A DNA stretch of 64,000 nucleotides, taken from Macrostomum hystrix (lineage: Eukaryota > Animalia > Platyhelminthes). A program made the position numbers and the translations under genes. The first letter of the stretch is position 1, and the number at the start of each line of letters is the position of its first letter. Positions 57,701 to 64,000 of this stretch are shown here, piece after piece. The notes below the pieces were generated by a model. The model ran no database searches. It saw nothing but the letters and a program-made list of their open reading frames with translations, and was not told the origin of the DNA. The DNA lies in contig CATNEN010000002.1 in assembly GCA_950097015.1 (NCBI GenBank), forward strand, positions 5,208,001 to 5,272,000. Direction: 5' to 3'.

Positions 57701-60700
57701 AGAATCGGAACACGGCCAATTTAAAACTCAGCGATCTGGTTGCTGGCAAATATGTGCTGCAGGTGAGGCACCGATGGCCTATATTCTAGACCAGTCTTAG
57801 AGAGCTTGCAACCTGGTGGTCTGGAGTTCGATTCTCAACCCGAACTATGGGCTGTAGGCACTGGCACAACATTTGGTGATTGTACCCGCGGCCAGCGAGA
57901 TGAAATAATGCCCGTTGCGCTCACTCATAGGCACGCACGCTCACACAGGTGTGTACATCTGGCCAGACTTTCTCATCGTCAGGCAGTGTACACTCTCACT
58001 GCGCCTTGGAGGTTGGCCCTCGAGGGCGTAAATGAGCTCACAAAAACTGAACAGCTGTGCCAACTGGCTGTGCGTCTGGACTCTGGCCCAACACGGCTGT
58101 CTGCAATTCGTAATTCCAAGTAGAAATTCTAATCTTATGTATACTAGTAGACTGTCTATTCTGTTCTATTAGAATAGTCTATTCCAGAAGGTCGGGGGTT
58201 CGATTCCCGTCTCCACTGAAAACATTTGTGTCCTTCAGTTCACCCAGCTGTTATTGTAAACTGGTTTGTTTTTTTAATTCGGTCATTCTTTCGATTCGGT
58301 ATTTAAATAGGTTGTACATGTTTCTGTTCCGCATCTGCTTCTACGCAAGTATCGCGTTTCTTCTTGCGAATTTTCCTGTCTAATTGTTTTTGCCCCAGCA
58401 AAAATCCAACGGCAAAATTTAACCCTCACGTCTGGCTAAAGTGGGCAAATCTCGCAATGAAGGTTGCTTTCAAATATTGTGAGCACTACGAGTATAATAG
58501 AAAAGTATGAGCACATTTCCTTCCCGTATTATAGTCTAGCTATAGTTCATTTCCTTTGCTAGAACTAAAACTTTCAAGTCAATGCAACACCAACTTTCTG
58601 CAGAACAATTAATTCTTAACTATAGAATAGTGCCCTAGCTAAATTGCCACTTGAGTTCATTTTATTACTCTGCTCTGGCTGCTACAGTGTAAATGCTGCA
58701 GTGAAATGTTCGCGAACACTCAGGCACTATTTTTAGATTTATCGATTTTTCCACAAAACTTTTCGAGCCTAAAGTTACAAGCTAATGGTTTGATTCTGGT
58801 AGATTATTTGTTCTTATAATGGGAATATATTTTGAGTTTAATTTAAGTCCTGATTCACCCTCTTCTGGTTCACAGATTTAGTCTTGATTCACTAACATCT
58901 GGTTCACAGATTTAGTCCTGATTCACCATCTTCTGGTTCACAGATTTAGTCCTGATTCACCAACTTCCGGTTCACAGATTTAGTCCTGATTCACTAACTT
59001 CCGGTTCACAGATTTAGTCGTGATTCACTAACTTCCGGTTCACAGATTTAGTCGTGATTCACCAACTTCCGGTTCACAGATTTAGTCCTGATTCACCAAC
59101 TTCCGGTTCACAGATTTAGTCTTGATTCACCAACTTCTGGTTCACAGATTTAGTCTTGATTCACCAACTTCCGGTTCACAGATTTAGTCCTGATTCACCC
59201 TCTTCTGGTTCACAGATTTAGTCGTGATTCACTAACTTCTGTTCACAGATTTAGTCCTGATTCACCAACTTCTGGTTCACAGATTTAGTCTTGCTTCACC
59301 CACCTGAATCACAGATTTAGTCTTGACTCACCAACTTCTGGTTCACAGATTTAGTCCTGATTCACCAACTTCTGGTTCACAGATTTAGTCTTGATTCACC
59401 AACTTCTGGTTCACAGATTTAGTCCTGATTCACCCTCTTCTGGTTCACAGATTTAGTCTTGATTCACCAACTTCTGGTTCACAGATTTAGTCTTGATTCA
59501 CCAACTTCTGGTTCACAGATTTAGTCTTGACTCACCAACTTCTGGTTCACAGATTTAGTCCTGATTCACCAACTTCCGGTTCACAGATTTAGTCCTGATT
59601 CACTAACTTCCGGTTCACAGATTTAGTCGTGATTCACCAACTTCCGGTTCACAGATTTAGTCCTGATTCACCCTCTTCTGGTTCACAGATTTAGTCTTGA
59701 TTCACCAATTTCTAGTTCACAGATTTAGTCCTGATTCACCAACTTCTGGTTCACAGATTTAGTCCTGATTCACCAACTTCTGGTTCACAGATTTAGTCTT
59801 GATTCACCAACTTCTGGTTCACAGATTTAGTCTTGATTCACCAACTTCTGGTTCACAGATTTAGTCCTGATTCACCAACTTCTGGTTCACAGATTTAGTC
59901 TTGATTCACCAACTTCTGGTTCACAGATTTAGTCTTGACTCACCAACTTCTGGTTCACAGATTTAGTCCTGATTCACCAACTTCCGGTTCATAGATTTAG
60001 TCCTGATTCACTAACTTCCGGTTCACAGATTTAGTCTTGATTCACCAACTTCCGGTTCACAGATTTAGTCCTGATTCACCAACTTCTGGTTCACAGATTT
60101 AGTCTTGATTCACCAACTTCTAGTTCACAGATTTAGTCCTGATTCACCAACTTCTGGTTCACAGATTTAGTCTTGATTCACCAACTTCTGGTTCACAGAT
60201 TTAGTCTTGATTCACCAACTTCTGGTTCACAGATTTAGTCTTGCTTCACCCACCTGAATCACAGATTTAGTCTTGATTCACCCATTCTGCCATCCCTTTC
60301 AATGCCTCCAGGTTGACGTCACTGACAACACAGACTCCGGTCGAGTCGGCAAAGCTGTTGTCATGGTAACGGTGAATCCGGAGAAGCGCAAGAGCAAGCC
60401 TCCGCAGGCTATTATTAAACCGGCCTCATTATCAATCCAGCTGCCGAACAATGCCATCTTGGACGGCAGCGGCAGCATTGAAGGCGATCAGAAAATTGAT
60501 TCCTACCGTTGGCAGGTGGTTGACGGACCTCTGACTGCGCAGGACCTGCACAGCGTCTCCCAGGACCAGCAGATTCTGCAGCTGAACAATCTCAAAGCCG
60601 GCTTCTACGTTGTCCGCCTGACTGTTCGCGATGCCAGGGGTCTGAGCGACTCCGCCACGGCCAACATCACAGTCATCGCCGAGCCCGACGACAAGCCGAA

Positions 60701-63700
60701 GGCAAACGCTGGTCAGAGCAGCGTCATCTATCTGCCGCAGAACAACATCACCCTCTATGGCAACGCCAGCACTGACGACCATGCCATTGTCAGCTACATG
60801 TGGCGACAGAAGGGTGGCAGCCACCTCAGTGCTGACATGCAGGTAACTCAAACACACCTGACACTGAACCACTCCTGACACAACCACTTCTGACACTGAA
60901 CCACTGCTGACACTGAACCACTCCTGACACTGAACCACTCCTGACACTTAACCACTCCTGACACAACCACTTCTGACACTGAAACACTGCTGACACTGAA
61001 CCACTGCTGACACTGAACCACTGCTGACACATAATCAGTGCTGACACTGAGCCAGTCTTGACACTGAACCACTGCTGACACTGAACCACTGCTGACACTG
61101 AACCACTGCTGACACAGAACCACTCCTGACACTGAACCACTGCTGACACTGAACCACTGCTGACACTGAACCACTGCTGACACTGAACCACTGCTGACAC
61201 AGAACCACTCCTGACACTGAACCACTGCTGACACTGAACCACTGCTGACACTGAACCACTGCTGACACAGAACCACTCCTGACACTGAAGCACTGCTGAC
61301 ACTGAACCACTGCTGACACTAAACCACTCCTGACACTGAACCACTGCTGACACTGAACCACTGCTGACACTGAACCACTCCTGACACTGAACCACTGCTT
61401 ACACTGAGACACTGCTGGCACTGAACCACTGCTGACACTGAACCACTGCTGACACTGAACAACTCCTGACACAGAACCACTGCTGACACAGAACCACTCC
61501 TGACACTGAACCACTGCTGACATAGAACCACTCCTGACACTGAAGCACTGCTGACACTGAACCACTGCTGACACTGAACCACTGCTTACACTGAACCACT
61601 GCTGACACTGAACCACTGCTGACACTGAACCACTCCTGACACTGAACCACTGCTTACACTGAGACACTGCTGGCACTGAACCACTGCTGACACTGAACCA
61701 CTGCTGACACTGAACAACTCCTGACACAGAACCACTGCTGACACAGAACCACTCCTGACACTGAACCACTGCTGACACATAATCAGTGCTGACACTGAGC
61801 CAGTCTTGACACTGAACCACTGCTGACACTGAACCACTGCTGACACAGAACCACTCCTGACACTGAACCACTGCTGACACTGAACCACTGCTGACACTGA
61901 ACCACTGCTGAAACTGAACCACTGCTGACACAGAACCACTCCTGACACTGAACCACTGCTGACACTGAACCACTGCTGACATAGAACCACTCCTGACACA
62001 GAACCACTCCTGACACTGAACCACTGCTGACACTGAACTACTCCTGACACTGAACCACTGCTGACACATAATCAGTGCTGACACTGAGCCAGTCTTGACA
62101 CTGAACCACTGCTGACACTGAACCACTGCTGACACTAAACCACTCCTGACACTGAACCACTGCTGCCACTAAACAACTGCTGACGCCGACATCGTCAACC
62201 AAATCCACCATCGCAGGGGGTGCACACACCCATCCTTCACCTGTCCGGCCTAGTTGAAGGTGACTACGCATTCGAGCTGACAGTGACAGACGCCAGAGGC
62301 CAGACAGACTCGGCCTCCGTGAATGTGCTGGTTAAACGAAGGCCTAAGAATGCGCTGCCGGTTGTTACCCTGTTGCCACCGGAGCTCACGGTGAGTGCTT
62401 TATGCGGAGTAGCGACAATTATGTTGCGATAAAGAAATAAAAATGCATCGAAATCAACTCCCACGAACTCTCTCACCAGGTTGAGCTGCCTCTGGCCCGA
62501 TTAATCTTGAACGCTACCGCTGTGGACGATACCGGTGTGAAGTCCTGGCGCTGGACCCTGCTATCCGGCCCCGGCAGTCCCCAGTTGGCCAACGTCACAA
62601 CACCAAGCGTCACCCTGACTGGCCTGCAGGCCGGCGTCTACAAACTGCGCGCCGATGCAACCGATCTGGACGGAGGCATCGGCTCCGCCACCGCCACCCT
62701 GACTGTGAAGCCGGGTCCCAATCAGGCGCCGAAGGCTCACGCAGGCGGCGACCAAATAATTGATTTGGACGGCACCGGAGCCGCACTCGTCGCTCTGGAC
62801 GGCACCAAAAGTTGGGACGATAAGGCTATTGTGGAGTACCAGTGGACTAGGTAAAGTACTCTAGACTCTTAGACATAACGTCTGGAGTTTTAACTTAATT
62901 TAATTAAAAGTGAGAGCACAAAGAAATTTAATACTGCCGAATTAGCTGCGAGACTAAAGTACACATAAAAGTACATGTCAGACTAAAGTACACAACATAA
63001 AAGTACATGTTTAAATAAGGTACACATAATATAAGTACATGCATGACTAAAGTACACATCATAAAAGTACATGTGTGACTAAAGTACACATAAAAGTGCA
63101 TTTTTGACTAAAGTACACATCATAAAAGTGCATGTGTGATTAAAGTACTTTGCATAAAAAGTATGTGTGGGCTTAAGTGCATTCTAAAAAGTACAGTTGG
63201 ACTAAAATGCAGAAAAGAACAATACATAATTTTACAAAAAGACTCTAGTAAACGTGTCCTTAATTTATAAATGGGTCTTGAGCACAAAACGGTTTTACTT
63301 TAAGCCAATTTTGCTTTAAAGCAAAAATCATCCAATTTCACTACAGGCAAGACGCATCTCTGGCAGTTGGCCAGGTGTTAAACGGCTCAGACAGTTCTGC
63401 CCGCCTGCTGCTCATCGGCCTACTGCCAGGGCGCTACAGCTTCAGCCTGACAGTCAAAGACTCCGAAGGTGCTTCGGATACGGCCAAAGTTGCCGTCCTA
63501 GTCCGGCCATGGCCGCACGCAGCCTCGGTGGCCAGCCTGGAGCTGCGGGCGGAGCCGTCGGCGCTGCGTCAGTCGGACCTGACCAACCTGATGTCGCAGA
63601 TGCAGCTGATTCTACGCGGCCCGCATCCGGGCTGCAAACTGAAGCTGCTGGGTCTGCGGCCACGTCAGGCCAGCATTGTCATGCGACTCAGTGCCAGCTT

Positions 63701-64000
63701 CAGCAATGGCAGCTACTTGGCTGGTCCGCGGCTCGCCTCGCTGCTGAAGCGCCGCCTGCCTGCCACCCTGCTGGACTTCCCCGTGCTGGAGCTTCACACC
63801 GAGGTCTGCCAACTCGGCTGCTCTAACCGCGGCTACTGCGACAATGCCACCAGGCAGTGCGTCTGCGCCTCATTCTGGATGGAGAATCCCTGGCGACTGA
63901 GATTTGGCGACGGCGAGTCCAACTGTGATTGGTCCGTGGTGTACGTGTCACTGAGTGTCACCCTCAGCCTGCTGGGCTTCTGTGCCACCACCTGGCTGCT
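54709..64000 (+). CDS. KIAA0319L: KIAA0319-like / AAVR (MANEC, Cys-rich module, mucin linker, 5 PKD, EGF-like, TM), 3' end beyond the window
   Basis: Exons 54709-55432, 56230-56388, 57527-57762, 60312-60842, 62217-62390, 62480-62850 and 63347-edge. MANEC-type CISACCLDAACH; five PKD repeats; signature GESNCDWSVVYV. Confidence 0.92.
57040..57275. repeat. 23-bp minisatellite (CTAGATTGGGATCTACAGACATT), about 10 copies
   Basis: Directly visible. Confidence 0.85.
57395..57534 (+). repeat. Four exact 35-bp repeats spanning a splice acceptor
   Basis: TTCACAAAGTAATGATAATTCCCGCAG/CAACTCCG four times. Confidence 0.92.
57850..58032 (-). mobile_element. SINE copy, 5'-truncated
   Basis: Shares the CACAGGTGTGTACATCTG...CTTTCTCATCGTCAGGCAGTGTACAC body. 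Confidence 0.75.
58845..60285. repeat. 34-bp minisatellite (GGTTCACAGATTTAGTCCTGATTCACCAACTTCT), about 42 copies
   Basis: Directly visible. Confidence 0.95.
60856..62185. repeat. 17-bp minisatellite (CTGACACTGAACCACTG), about 78 copies, filling a KIAA0319L intron
   Basis: Directly visible. Confidence 0.95.
62950..63135. repeat. Degenerate AAAGTACAC/AT repeat
   Basis: Repeated TAAAGTACACATAAAAGTACATG-like units. Confidence 0.6.

Noticed and set aside
60826-62271. Several Cys/Gln/Trp-rich repeat ORFs
   Set aside because: Translations of the 17-bp intronic minisatellite, antisense to KIAA0319L.

Overview
Eukaryotic (metazoan) genomic DNA: intron-rich, AT-rich between genes, and full of minisatellites and SINEs. 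The style suggests a flatworm such as Macrostomum, but this is inference only. Bases 1-9132 are the right arm of an apparently intact Polinton/Maverick (adintovirus-type) endogenous DNA virus. It carries GasderminX-like, adenain protease, pPolB, pX-like, rve integrase and PLA2 genes, a spliced HTH-like gene and a penton 3' fragment. It ends in ...ACTACT and appears inserted in an LTR. Bases 10.2-25.7 kb hold four related Notch-ligand-like (C2/MNNL-DSL) genes in two oppositely oriented pairs, with three domain architectures. Between them lie an RNase H LINE, a 13-bp satellite and transposon relics. Next come a 9-exon cadherin (minus, about 1759 aa, very short predicted tail), LRRC47, an orphan coiled-coil ORF, a ferritin lacking ferroxidase site-A ligands, and KIAA0319L/AAVR, which runs off the right edge. 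A tRNA-derived SINE (about 7 copies), two TIR MITEs and about ten minisatellites, mostly intronic, fill the rest. All gene models were built by eye from GT-AG sites and frame continuity; no database searches were run.
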